Part shown: positions 38,262 to 51,670 of the stretch, piece after piece | Numbering within the stretch: position 1 is the first letter of the stretch | Layout: every line of letters starts with the position of its first letter | Origin: Octopus vulgaris | Taxonomy: Eukaryota | Length of the DNA stretch: 64,000 bases | Direction: 5' to 3' | NCBI GenBank assembly: GCA_951406725.2 | Contig: OX597815.1 | Location: 120,156,001-120,220,000, forward strand | Program-made: the position numbers and the translations under genes | The notes under the pieces: generated by a model | The model's database searches: none | The model's input: the letters and a program-made list of their open reading frames with translations, nothing else | Told to the model about the DNA's origin: nothing

Positions 38262-39157
38262 CACAAGGGGGTACTCAAAAGAAACTGGAATTTTGCAATA
38301 TTTTATTCACTTAATTTTACATGTTTACACTTTTATCACCTTCAAACTATTTTCCATTTGATGTAATGCATCGATCCAGACATGTTTTCCATTGTTTGAA
38401 GCAGTGCTGGAACTCTTGCAAAGTGATGCCTTTTAACGCCTCCATTTTTTTTACTTCACCTCTCCCACATCTGTAAATTCTGGAGCACTAGCTTTCGTCA
38501 CAAGTGATGACCTTCAAAAAAAAAAAAAGGTCCAGATCAATTTCCAACTGTTCTTTCAGTTCACGACATGCATTCAGTTGTGACTGCTCTTGATCTTCTG
38601 TGAGCTAACCAGACACAAATTTTACAGCAACTCTTTTCATTTGCAATTCTTCACTTGAAAATTGTTGGGAGGTGATCCAGGACACACCAATCATATCAAC
38701 AAGTTCATCAAATGTTTGGTGATGGTTCGCCAAGACAAGTTTATGAATTTTCATGATGTTTTCAGTTGTTTGGGAGGTTGATGGATGCCCCGAATGAGGT
38801 TGGTCTTGAAGTGACCATTCCTAAAGTGTGAAAACCACTCATAAACTTGTCTTGCTCATGGCAGTGTCTTCGTAAGCTGTTTAAAACATAACTATTTGTC
38901 CATTTTTTCCCCTGGAGAAAACATAATTTCATGGAAGCACACTGTTCCTTCATTTCAGCCATTGCAAGAATTGATAAACGGGAAGCGCTGCAAAGCTAAG
39001 ATGCACCACATGGCAGTAGGACTATACTTTATGCCGCTGGTCAACATACTGGTGCCTTAGAGTTACATCAAAAGGCTTCTAGCAGTGGAAGTCAGAACTA
39101 CAATGGGTTTGTCCCACAGAGGATGTTTCTGATTACTTTTGGATACCCCCTCAAATA
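38262..39157 (-). mobile_element. Internally deleted mariner element
   Basis: TIRs ggggtactcaaaagaaactggaa / ttctgattacttttggataccccc. ORF 38762..38962 (MAEMKEQCASMKLCFLQGK) resembles the mariner transposase N-terminus, and a C-terminal WxxCI remnant lies near 38350-38390. Confidence 0.85.
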
Positions 39158-39190
39158 CATAGAGGAATTTGAATAACAAAAACTATAAAC

Positions 39191-39323
39191 AACTGTTATG
39201 TACTTCATTGGCTTACAGCAGTTTCTGCCATAGGATGCTATGCACCCAAGCACTCAACTATGAGTGCATTTCATCCTATAGAAGGAACAGTTGTAAGCTA
39301 ATCAAGTTCATTGCATAACTGTT
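39191..39323. repeat. Imperfect ~55-bp-stem hairpin
   Basis: attggcttacagcagtttctgccataggatgctatgcac mirrors gtgcatttcatcctatagaaggaacagttgtaagctaat. Confidence 0.8.
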
Positions 39324-42300
39324 TTATCTTCTGTCATTCTAATTTATTACCACTCTGTACTCGACTGATGCTTTGTTCTGCAACATATGTATACTGAGCT
39401 CTAACACCAGGTTATTAGTATCGTTATGCATAAGTGAAATATTGAAATTATAAAGTAAACACAAATGGCGTAACATTTAAATGACGTCTTTATTTACTTT
39501 TTATACATACACTACACAAAGGACCAACCCCAGAGTTGGACCTATGCTTTAAATTGGATTTGGTACTTGTATATCCACAGTATCTTACCAACACTTGATG
39601 TCTTCAGCATTGATTACCTCACTGTGAGCTGTGTTACTCCCAGCCATTTCTGGTGTCCTGCAAGTTTTGCTTTGATTCTAATGAATCTTTATAATTACAC
39701 ACCTGCGCACGCACGTGCACACACACTCTTTTACAAAGGAAGTGTCAGTGACTTTGAGGTCACATAACAACAAACATCATCTTCATTTAACATCCAGGTT
39801 CTATGCTTACATGGGTTGGATGACTTGACAAGGACCCAATAAGTCAAGGACTGCATTGTACTCAATTGTCTGTTTTGACATGGCTTATGCAGTTGGATGC
39901 CCTTCATAATGCCATCCACTTTAGTGTGTGTACATGGTGCTTTTTCTTGTACCACTGGCATTACTGAGATCACCATATAGCTTGCTAGTCCACAAACTCA
40001 GGGAGGAAGGATGTTGCCTCTGTATGTTAGATGTAGGTTAACATATGAGGGAAGAATTTGGAGAAGAGCTACATGCCTACTCACATATATAACATGAAAA
40101 AATGCATTTTAAATATATTAACAGCACTTACATAATTTGTAATTACTGCACCTTAATTATATTAAAGGAAAAATGTGATTAAGAGTCAACTAGTCCATGC
40201 CACCTGTTTACAAATAAGCTGACTATTAAGTAAATGGTACTATTATGTACTCTTATATAACTTTGAGCAAAAGCCATAATATTGATGCATATTTAAGAGG
40301 TTTCCATAAGTAAACAGATGAGAGTTGCATACAGAAACCATATATGTTTACTTTTGCTATTGGTAGTTTTAGAGTAAACACAGAATGTGTTTTCATAACT
40401 TGCTCTCTGATATTTTCTGAGGACTTTTAAAGCTTTTGCTTGTCAGAAACTGTTCTTGACACTGAATAACGAGTATGAACAGGTTCAGAACTATATTTAC
40501 TGAACAATTTGTTATTTTTGAAATAAACATTTTATTCTGTATAATTTGGGAGGTAATTAAATACCAGTTTCATCATGAAAGAGAAGTATTAGCTTATCTA
40601 AGTGTAAATGTGTAGATACATATCAAAATCTTTTTTTTTTTTAATAAAAGCAAGTACACACACACACGTGCTTGAGCTCACGCTTTTATCTACATTATGG
40701 GCTTTAGTCTATCATAACGGTTAAGTATAGGTATGAGTAAAGTTATATCTTTGGTGCAGCCTTCTGGCTTGCCAGCCCTCAGTCAAACCATCCAACCCAT
40801 GCCAGCATGAAAAGCGGATGTTAAACGATGATTTTTTTCTCATTTATTTACGTAGTATTTTATATCTTGTTTTAGATAGTGCCACATAGCTCTTTAAATC
40901 TTACAATCTTAGCATTTTTACTTGATCTATGTGGTAAAACAGTTGTTAACAAAGGGGTGATAAGGAAGACATCTAAGATAACAGCTCATATCTTTTAATG
41001 TATAAGTGCTGGCTTAAATTGTTTATCAAAGGATTTTTATAATTTGGTGTATTGTCTTCTCCAGTCAACTACTGATGGAGTTGTAGGGGTACTATTATGA
41101 CAAAATGCATACCAGTTATCTTTTGTGGTTGTACCTGAGCTCAGGTCTCCTTTAAACAATTTATTCGACTGTTCTTTGATGTTATCTATCCATTTCTTTC
41201 CCTTTCGTGATTCCATAAAAAATGGTTTTTGCAAGTCCTTTTAGATCTAGTTACAATTCAAAGTGGTAGGTTAGTAGATCTGTAAGAATGATCTGCATGT
41301 CTTGTAGTAGTTGTTCATGCCCTTTGCATTCTAAGTTCAAATCCTGTCATGGCCTATATGGGTGATAGCCTTAATTTGTTAGTTTAAGACCAGCATCTGA
41401 CACTTCAGGTGCAATTAGTGGAGTCTTATACCATCTCAACTTCGTTGTTGTGAGATCATCTCCAAAGGAGTCAATGTGAAGCTGCATGGTTTCACAAACC
41501 TGCTCATTATGATGTTAAAGAAATGCCAAATATGTATCTTCCTCTGAATCTCCACTGTGAGTGTCCATACCTTGCATGTATACAGGAGGATGATTTGGTA
41601 CCGAGTCCTAAATCAAAGAAACAGATCTCTTACATACAGAACACCCAAAACCTTATTAGCAGTTCAGTGAGGCTATTTTTTGGTATGGGCGGATATCGGT
41701 TGATTTCAGAGATTCATTTGTTTTATCTGCTGAACTTCCTGCTTTTTGAAAGTTGAGTATTCCACAGATACTTGTACACTTAGTGTATGTTTTTTAGTCT
41801 CTCTTCCTTTCTTGTCATCCATTTTCTTTTCTCTCCATGTTGGTTTCTTATTAGGCTAAAGTTTAAGCATAATTAAGTATAATTTCTTTTATTTGAACTT
41901 CCATTCCATCAATTCTTTTACTACATTATGTTTCGTGTTGTTTAAGGCCTTATTCATGAAGAGGTGTTGTGATAGTAACCTGGACAGATTGCAGTATGTT
42001 TCTTCTTCTCTCTCTTCCCTATTTTTGTGTGCATTCTTTTTCTCTTTATTGTAATTCCATTTTGTTATTTCTCTTACTGGACAGCTTAACACCCACTCAA
42101 CATAGAGCAGAATTATTTACTATACAATGAAATCAGTGTTAGTTATGGCTTTCTGGTACTTTAATAATTGGCAGTGTCAACCACTGTTTCTTTGTCTTAA
42201 CTATATGATATATAATGTTTAATTGAATACTTCCCATTACATTCCAATCTAATTCTGTTGCTACAGGCTGAAGACATATCTAATAAAGTACCTATTACAG

Positions 42301-44903
42301 TTAAAAATAAAAGCATATTTAAAGTTATGAAGATGCTATTAGTTCCTTTTATATATTTTACTCCTATCTTACATTCATTTTATACAATAGTTGCATTGTT
42401 TTGATATTGTAAATGGCTAAGTTTATGGAGCACTAGTCAAAACATCAATAATTTTTTATCTTTATACTATAGCACCACAGCATTGTGCTGGTGGCCAACG
42501 GTCGACCTAATTAAGAAGGTAATGCAGGTAAGAACTTGCAGTACTGTGGAAGTGACAAATGTTTCATTAGCTTGCAGTACTTAGTTTTATTGGTGTTATA
42601 AGCTAAGTTATACATGAAATACCAACATTCTCTCTCTCTCTCTCTCATATGAGAGATATTTGTCTTTTAGTAGTGTGGTGACACCAGTTAGTACTTTACT
42701 GTCAAGGTTGAAAAAAAGGAATCCTACTGACAAAATTCTCTCTGCCTGTTTATTGATTTAGTAAATATGTTTTTCTTATCAGCTTAAAGCAATCAAGATT
42801 ATTTTAGCAGCTTTGCTTACCAATATGTCTATTATCTTTCAAACAGCATTGGTACATAGAATAATACTGAAAGAAAAATCTCTTTTTCTGGAACAGTTGA
42901 AAGAACTTATTTGACTTTTCTTTTTATCTATGTGGTAAAGAGGGAAGGCAGTGCCCATGACCCTTCACAGGGACTCTGAGATTTATGAGAGGGAGGGAGC
43001 CTATTCAGTAAAAGATCAAGAGGAAGACCTCCTCACTTCATACACACATCAACCAACTGGAACGAGACAGTAGGATAAAATTGGAAACTCTCCCTGCTGC
43101 TATATGCCTTTTGTAGATCACATGTAAGAGTGTCTGAGTTTACTTGCAGAAGGAAGAACTAAATACACAGTAAATATTTCAATAAGTTATAGAGCTTTTT
43201 CTGAGATACAAAAACTGCTTTAAAAAGTGTAAAAAAAATTTTTTTAAAGCCTGTTTTGTATTTCATTTATAAATTGTTTTTGTAGCACTTGAAATTATGC
43301 ATTTTTTTTTTTTGTAATATGCTCTCTGTAAAGTTTAAATTTTAAATATTGTAACAGTTTGTCTTGTAATATTTTTTTTATCTATCTTTGATATCATAGT
43401 AGCAGATATGATAGTTTTGTTATTTACTGATTATGTTGCTCGAATTTCATTCATTAAAATTGTATTATCTACTCTAGTGTAAAAAAAAAAAAAAAAAAGT
43501 GATAAATTGGGTTAAAATGTCACAAACATAATCACCTTATATTCTTAGATGACCAGTGATCATTTACTCAATGACTAAAAAATCGGTTATAAACTATGAA
43601 TGGAATTGACCTTTGATCACTTGATAAGAATACTTGAATTTTTTTTTTAATCATTCCATTTTCTTAAATGATCAGCTGATCTAATCTGAGGAACACGCCA
43701 TAATAAAAGTTATCTGATCAGATTTGTAGGCGGAAGTCACACTTTCTTTTTTCTTGTTTTGCTTTGTTAAAAACTATTTGTAGGTTCCTTAACAGTATCT
43801 TTGAAAGTCGGTATTCAACTGAGACATGGAGCCTCTGACTCTAAACTGACATTCAGCTATCAGTATTGTTAGACTGATCCAGTAGTGGATATTTTGCCAC
43901 AGCTGCTGCTTGCAAGCAAGTAGGACTTGGAAGCATGTAACATAATTGTTTTAAGTGCCTGTGTAGTTGCAAGCAGATATAGACAGCTTTTTGGCCCTCC
44001 CCTCAATGACCCGGTAGAACATTGTAACTGCTGGAGGGAGAGAAAGAGCTGCAGCACCGCTTAGCTAGAGCTCATTTTAGCTAAATAGACTGGAACAATA
44101 TGGAATGAAGTACTCAGCTCAAGGATATGAGGTACTGCCCAGTATAGGAATCAAATCAATAGCTTCATGATCAGGAGCCTAACAGTCTGTCCACTAGACC
44201 ACTCAACTTCATTCCTATATAAATAATAGGTTAATATTGATATCAGAATTTATAATCTTTCCAGAGAATGTGAAATAACTTCCTCTTTGGTACTGGATCC
44301 TTGATGCACATATAAAACCTTGAATAATAACATGTAAATATGGGATTGAAATAGCTTTTTGGATAGCAAAAGTCAAAGATTTCCCATGGGACCCACATCT
44401 TCTGTGGATATGACAGATTTCGACCATTTTTACTTAAAATGATTTTTCAACTCAATAATTTGCATGTTGTTATTCATCAGCTTTATGTGTGTCAAGATCC
44501 AGCTCCAAAAGAGAAAAGGTTAGGGCTTGTTTTAATTGTAGTTTCATCTCTTTTATTTCAGTGCTAATGAGTAACTCTTCACCATGTGTTACATATTTTT
44601 AACTTTCTATTATTTGTCATTAAAATTAGAATCAAAACTTAGAGAATATGGGGCAGAGAAGGAAAATCAGCCATATGTATTACTTTATGCTTTTTAAAGT
44701 AAGGGAGTTGTTTTATTTTTAGGCCATTCAGCTTTAAAATAAACTAGTAGTTAAATAGGAAGTGGATGTTCTGTTGCAAAATTACTTTCCCAATCTTATA
44801 GTTCTAAGTTCAGTCTCACTGTGGAGCCTTGGGCAAGTACCTTCTACTTGTCCCATGAGTGGGACCTTGTGAGTGGATTTGGAAAGAAGTGTGTGTGTGT
44901 GTA

Positions 44904-45119
44904 CAAGGGGGTGCTGAAAAGTTCCTGGCTTTGGTAAAAGAAAATACATAGGGATCAATTATGATTTTATCCAACATATATATCCCTCTCAGATTCACAC
45001 ACTTATTGTAGTGGCTCTTCAGTTTTTCTAAGCCCTGTAAAAGTACTTGGAAGGTTGGGCCCCCAAACGGGCTTTTCACAATACCCTTAAAGCCAGGAAC
45101 TTTTCAGCACCCCCTCACA
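44904..45119 (-). mobile_element. Mariner-derived MITE
   Basis: Perfect 25-bp inverted core ggggtgctgaaaagttcctggcttt with TA flanks. The interior encodes GLEKLKSHYNKCVNLRGIY (mariner C-terminus). Confidence 0.9.
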
Positions 45120-45500
45120 TATATGTTTAGCAGAAGCAACAAAATGACTCAAGGGCCAAGAGTTTTGTGTGCTGGTACAATGCACAAAACTCTCGGATCT
45201 TTCGTCCCTCTGTTGCTTCTGCTAAATATTAATAAAATGTACCTATATTTTGCTGTATTTTTCTTGTTTGCATCACCATACATATTATATATGAAGAAAA
45301 GGACAGCAAAAACCAAGGCAGGACAAGTATCTCAAATCATAATTTAGGGTAAGGTGAAATTAAAGTCTTACAACTGTTTCTGGGATATCCCAAGTGCTAG
45401 GCTAGCATGTCTGTACACTAGATATTCTGTCATCAGAAAAAGTATGTATGAAAGTTCAAGACAGGGAAATCCACAGTTTATAAGGAATAAGATAGAAGTA

Positions 45501-45687
45501 GTAAAAGTAGATAGGAGAATAAAGTTCACAGTTCATTTTTTTCCAGAGGGTATGGAGGTTGGTCCGTACTTCTGTGAAGGTATTGGCCTTATACGTCATG
45601 GAAGTACGGACCAACCACCACTCCCTCTGTGAAAAAGATGAACTGTGAACTTCATTCACCTATCTGTATTCTTCTATCTACTTTTAC
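45501..45687 (+). repeat. Long near-perfect hairpin (palindromic MITE or pre-miRNA-like)
   Basis: Arms 45509-45577 and 45596-45665 pair over ~68 bp with an 18-nt loop. The core ggttggtccgtacttc / gaagtacggaccaacc is perfect. Confidence 0.88.
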
Positions 45688-46677
45688 CCTTTAGTCAAGT
45701 ACATCATCAAAATAAAGATCAAATGGAAAGTGTAGTTGTGATACCTGTGCTGGTGGCACATAAAAAGCACCCACTACACTTATGGAGTGGTTGGCACTTG
45801 GAAGGGCATCCAGCTTTAGAAACACTGCCTGATCAGACTGGAGCCTGGTGCAGCCTCCTGGTTTCCCAGACACCTGTCGAACTGTCCATCCCATGCATGC
45901 TAGCATGGAAAACAATATTAAACAATGATGTGTGTGTGTATATGTTTGTCTCTCACTATTGCTTGGCAACTGGTCATAATCAGAATCTAATGCCAAACCA
46001 CTAAGTTTCGGGAATGTAAACAAACCAATAAGGGAGTATATGATTATTAAGATTATTTAAACTGGCTTAATTACTATATTATAGTATATTTGATAAATAT
46101 AAATGGTAATGTCAAATATGTAGGCTTATTTGTTGAAGTTACTTTTCTTTTGAACCACAGGTCAAGGTCATTCAATATATAAATACCTGACAATGTTACA
46201 CACATTTTTTTTATGGCTTAATTTTGCAGCTATTTATTTAACCTAATTGGATAAAAGACATTAAATTTATGTTCAAATAAGAATGCATTGCATGTTTAAA
46301 GGTACTAACTAGCTCAACTATCAACAGGTAGATAAAAATCAAGGCTTGGCCATCAGATCAATTGAACTAACATAGTGTAATGCTTCATCATGCTTACAAT
46401 GTAACTTGTTACTTTTCCAATATCTCTGATTATTAAAGTTGCTTTCCTTGAAACAAATGCTCCTGATATTACAGAACAGGACTATCATTTTAAACATGAG
46501 CTGGCAGAATTGTTAGCATGCGGGGCGAAATGCTTAGCACTATTTCATCTGCCGTTACATTCTGAGTTCAAATTCTGTTGAGGTCAACTTTGCCTTTCAT
46601 CTTTTCAGGAGTTTGTCTCTGCTTATCCCCCTGTGGGCAATAATGAAATAGAAATATAAATAAATATACATATATAT

Positions 46678-47044
46678 GGCATGGCTGTGTGGTAAGAAGC
46701 TTGCTTCCCAATTGCATGATTCTGGGTTCAATCCCACTGTGTGGCACCTTGGGGAAGTGTCTTCTACTAGACCCTCAGGCCGACCAAAACCTTGTGATTG
46801 GATTTGGTAGATGGAAACTGAAAGCAGTGTGTGTGTGTCTTTGTGTCTTTGTGTTCCCCCATCACTGCTTGACAACCAGTGTCAGTGTGTTTATGTTCCC
46901 ATAACTTAGCAGTTCAGCAAAAGGTACCAATAGAATAAGTACTAGTTTTTAAAAAAATAAGCACTGGGATTAATTTGTTTGACTAAAGCTATTCAAGGCA
47001 GTGCCCCAGCGTGGCTGCAGTTAAATGACTGAAACAAATAAGAG
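46678..47044 (+). mobile_element. SINE family A
   Basis: Same head, CORE and tail as the 57408 copy. Further plus copies lie at ~29755-29880, 48975-49291, 53266-53628 and 59155-59470. Confidence 0.88.
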
Positions 47045-47083
<39 letters not shown>

Positions 47084-47164
47084 CCTTTATATATCTATAT
47101 TTTCTTTGTTGTAGTTTCATCTCAAAGCTGCGGCCTTGCTGATACACCGCAGTGTTGCTACACT

Positions 47165-47625
47165 GTTACTACTGAGAGCCTCCTTCAATATGTGTCACTT
47201 GGGGAAGAATGGTGTTTGATGTAGCTACCTTCATTTGCACCTCTTGCTGTGAGGTAGGTTCATCTGGGACTCTCGACAGGAAGATGTCCAACCTTGATTT
47301 AAAAACGCCTACATCTGCTCTGTGTGGGCTCCTTGGGAGAAAATAAAAAAAGCTGTGGGACCCCTGAAACCCAGGCTGTTTGCAGTAACTAGTTCTAAAG
47401 TGCGATGGTATTGCCCAGGTCTTTGGCACTATGCAGTGCCGACCCATTCTGGGATTGGTGTAGCTCCCAATGCCAAAATTTGGCACAATTCCTTTCAGGA
47501 TCTTCCAGATATATATTACTGCATACCTCTCTTGCTCCAGGGAGTAGTCTTAGCTGTTTCAGCCTTTCTCAGTAGCTGAGCAGTTGCTGAGAGACGATCT
47601 TCTTTGAATCTTCGATGGATTGCTC
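47165..47625 (-). mobile_element. CR1/L2-type LINE 3' fragment
   Basis: ORF 47169..47486 ends VFKSRLDIFLSRVPDEP..ATSNTI, a typical C-terminus of CR1-group RT ORFs; LLRKAETAKTTPWSKRGMQ (frameshifted LxxLERRR region) lies upstream. Confidence 0.7.
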
Positions 47626-47723
47626 CAAGGTCCGCTGTTAATTTTACACTGTTGGGTGTATATAATATATATTTACATATATGTTTATAATATTTACATA
47701 TATGTATATAATATTTACATGTA

Positions 47724-47757
<34 letters not shown>

Positions 47758-47944
47758 ACCTTTTATATTCAGTAATAAATATAGGATGATGCAGAGTGTA
47801 CAAACATGGAAGTTGGACTAGATGCTTTACAGTAGCTTGGTAGGTGCTTTCCCAGCTGTGATTGTCTTTTGATTACTATTTTCTTCTAATCATGCTCTTT
47901 GCTGATGAGTCTGGGGTCATTCAAGGTTTAAGGTCCCATAAATA

Positions 47945-48200
47945 TCCTTGTGTGTAGAGCTAACCAAATCCACCAGTGCCTGCCATCACTGGCAGTCCCA
48001 TGCCAGCCCCTCTACATTCTCAAACTTGACATCAAACCTCTGGAGATTTTCTTTAATCATATCCAGCCATCTGGTGCTGGACTTACCACATGGCCTCTTC
48101 CAGCCCACAGCTACTGGGTTGAACGAGAATGAGGCCCTGGTAGTATTGTCTGATAGGAGGTGGAGGACATGTCTGTTCCAGTGAATGGCTATCAAGCAGG
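47945..48200 (-). mobile_element. RTE-like LINE 3' fragment
   Basis: ORF 47986..48195 reads HVLHL..GWKRPCGKSSTRWLDMIKENL, an RTE C-terminal R-P-x-GRP-W-D-like motif. Confidence 0.6.
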
Positions 48201-49599
48201 AGGCTACAGGCTTATGCTATCTTCATAGAGCCTATTAAATAAAAAGGAACAATATACAGAGCTGGAATTATCAGCTTTGTACCAAAGATAAACCATTTTA
48301 TCAGTTTGATTATTAAGGCTTAAATCAAAGGAGGAAGGGTAACACCTACTACTTTAGCAGAGTTTCCGAGATTGATCAGAAATTATCCCCAGACCAGAGA
48401 CCTGGTCACTGAGTGAAGCTTTTAAATTAGGCAATTGAATCCCAAACCACATAGTCTTAGAGCAAACTTCTTAGCCACATATCCTTACCTGGTAACTGTG
48501 TAGCCTTCATTGAAGATGTATTTTAATCAAATTGCAACTATCCTTGTCAACATTGTTGCAAATGCATACCCTTCTTCTATTACAAACAACTACAAATGGT
48601 TTAAACAAAACTGCTTTTTATATATTTTATTTATATTTTTTTTAAACAAAATTCTGTGTAGGTAGTTCAAAATGTATTGCATACATAGAACTCAGGAAGT
48701 CTGTTTGTACTGACACTCTCTGCCCCCTTTCCTCCAAAGCCATCTGTTAATTTAGTTGGTTCTTCCATACATATTAATAATGTTGAGAAACCTCTCAATA
48801 CCCACATTCCACTCTTAAACTGATATCAATTTGTAGGATTTCAACATTGATGGAAATGTATTTTACTGATTCAATTCTAATTCTCTGTCACAAATTTATT
48901 TTGTTTAAAAATTGTTGCTCTTCTTAAACAGTAACAAAAAAATAATAAAAAGGCTTGCTACTGGCACTGGCAAGCTGTCATTGAGAAACATGTTGTTTCA
49001 GGTTCAGTCCCATTGCATGGCACCTTGGGCTGACCAAAACCTTGTGAAGAAACTTGGTCAATGGAAATTGTGTGGAAGCCTGCTATGTGTATCCCCCGCA
49101 TACCACTTGACAGTAATGGTTCGTTTATATCCCCATAACTTAGTTTGGCAAAAGGGACTGATAGAATATGTACCAGACTTTAAAAGTAAAAGAAAAAAAT
49201 ACTGGGGTTGATTTGTTTGTCTAAACCTTTCAATGTAATGCCCCAGTATGGCTGCAGTCGAATGACTGAAACAAGTAAAAGAATAAAAGATCACATTATT
49301 CTCGCTTCTTTATAAATTTCTACACTAACATTTTACTTTATTTCTATTTATCACAGTCTCATAAGAAAAAAAAGAAAAAAGGTGGTGGGGGCGATTAAGA
49401 AATAGAAGATGGAAGGGGAGGAAGCAACAAGCCACATGCCTTAAAATAAATGGTATGTTCAGCTTTGACCCATGGTCATGACTGCAATGACATTGTGGTG
49501 GAGAATGGCCACCGTCACTCACTGCAGCAGTCACTCCACCTCACGGGGCTCATTTCTCAGATGGGCCACCATTATCCAAACTTTGTGTAGAAAATCTAT

Positions 49600-51670
49600 C
49601 ATCATTTAGTGTCCGTTGTCCATGCTGGCATGGGTTGGATGGTTTGACTGGGCTGACATGCTGTAAGGCTGCACCAGACTCCAGTCTGATTTGGCATGGT
49701 TTTCTACGGTTGGATGCTTTTCCTAATTCTAACCCTTCCGAGAGTATAACTGGTGCTTCTACATGCCCCTGGCATGGATGCCATTTGCATGACAGCAGTA
49801 TCTGCGATGACTGCAGTTTTGCTTGGCTTGATGGGTCTTAAGTACAACATAATGCCAAAGGTCTTGGTCATTGCTTGCCCAATGCTTTAAAGGAACTCAG
49901 CCACTTTGCCTCTGTGAAGCTCAACACTTGAAAGGAACTTAACCACTTTGCCTCTGTGAGGCCCAACACTCAAGAGGAATTTAATCACTTTGCCTCCATG
50001 AGGCTCAATGCATGATCAGCGCGCTTTGCCTGCCACCAGCATGGTCCAGTTACATGACACCAACATCAGCCATGACTACGATTTCACTTGGCTTGATGGG
50101 TCTTCTCAAGCACAGCATATTGCTAAAGGTCTTGGTCACTAGTCATTACCTCTGTGAGGTTCAAAGATCATGCTTCACCACTTTGTCCCATGTTTTCCTG
50201 GGTCTACCTCTACCACAGGTTCCCTCCACAGTTAGAGATCGGCACTTGTTTACACAGCTGTCCTTGTCCATATGTATCACATGACCACACCAGCACAGTC
50301 GTCTCTCTTGCACACCACATCTGATGTCTCTTATGCTTAGCTTTTCTCTCAAGGTGCTTATACTCTGTCGAACATGCACACTGACATTGCACATCGTGCG
50401 AGGTGTACTGGTTTCATAGCTTTCAAGCCTATGCATGTCCTTGGCTGTTGCAGCTCGTGTGTCACTGCCATGTAGCATGGCTGTTCGCACACAGGCATCA
50501 TACAATCTGCCTTTAAGTCTGAGAGAAAGAGTCCCTTTGTTGCCAGCAGAATTAGGGGCTCTCTGAACTTTGCCCAGCCTAATCTTACTCTCACAGCTAT
50601 GCTCTCAGAACATCTACCTCCACTACTAACTTGGTCACCTAGATAATGGAAGCTACTACCCCCCCCCCCCACCCCCGGCTGTTGATGAAGTCTATTTTCT
50701 GCCCATTTTTAGCATTGATTGTACCTGTGCATCTTCCACATACAAAAGCTGGTTTCCCCTGTTAATTTTCCTCTGATATTGTTGCACCAATTATGTGTTC
50801 AAAGCTTACACTGGGTACATCTTATGGAGTTTCTACCTACGCCTTTTCTACAGATTGAGCAGAGCCATCTACCTGAAAGGGTTTGTAATTTGTTCACCTT
50901 CCTACTTGCTAAGACTTTGGTTTTTGCTAGGTAAACTCTAAGGCACTTCAATTCTAGACCTTGCTTCCATACCTGAAATTCTTCTCAAGTTCTGGTAGTG
51001 ATTCAGTTATAGGAACAAGGTCATCAGCATAGAAGAGCTCCTAGGGATAAACAGTCTTAAATTCTTTTGTTATTGCTTGGAGGACTTTGATGAACAAGAG
51101 GGGACTGAGCACTGATCTTTCGCGAACTCCTACTTGTACCCTGAATTCTTCACTGTGCTCATTGCCAAACCTCACTTTGTTGGTAGCATCCCTGTACATA
51201 GCTTGTACAGCTCTCACCAACCACTTATCTATCCCTAGTTCCCGTATTGACCACCAGATAAGGGATCAGGGGACCCTATCAAAGGCTTTCTCCAAGTCAA
51301 CAAAGGCCAAGTACAGAGGTTTATCTTTGGCTATGTATTTCTTCTGCAGCTGTCTTACCAAAATATTGCATTAGTGGTGCTTCTTCCTGGCACAAAACCA
51401 AACTGTATCTCATCTAGGCTAACTTTCTCCCTAATTAGTTGGGCAATGAATCTCTGTAACTTTCATCATCTGATCCAGCAATTTGATACCTTTGTAATTA
51501 TTTCTATCTAAGGCATCACCTTTACCTTTGTAGCAGTTAACTATTCTGCTGCTACACCAGTCACTGGGTATGACTCCTTGTGAACCACTTGAATTACAAT
51601 ACAGGCGACTAGACTAGATATTTTAAGCATCTCGGCAGTGATTCCTGATGGACTGGGGTCTTTCCTTGTC
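49600..51670 (-). mobile_element. Decayed RTE-clade LINE (RT, C-terminus, 3'UTR with ~41-bp tandem repeats and GAT tail)
   Basis: DLEKAFDRVP (~51270-51300), ELFYADD (~51020-51040), FHYLG, and RRLCWCGHV..GRGRPRKTW (ORF 50161..50505). Contains stops and frameshifts; repeats ccactttgcctctgtga.. at 49900-50010. Confidence 0.9.

Noticed and set aside
49880-50010. Regularly spaced ~41-bp repeats resembling a CRISPR array
   Set aside because: The units are contiguous tandem repeats without unique spacers, lie inside an RTE 3'UTR, and have no cas genes; the context is eukaryotic.
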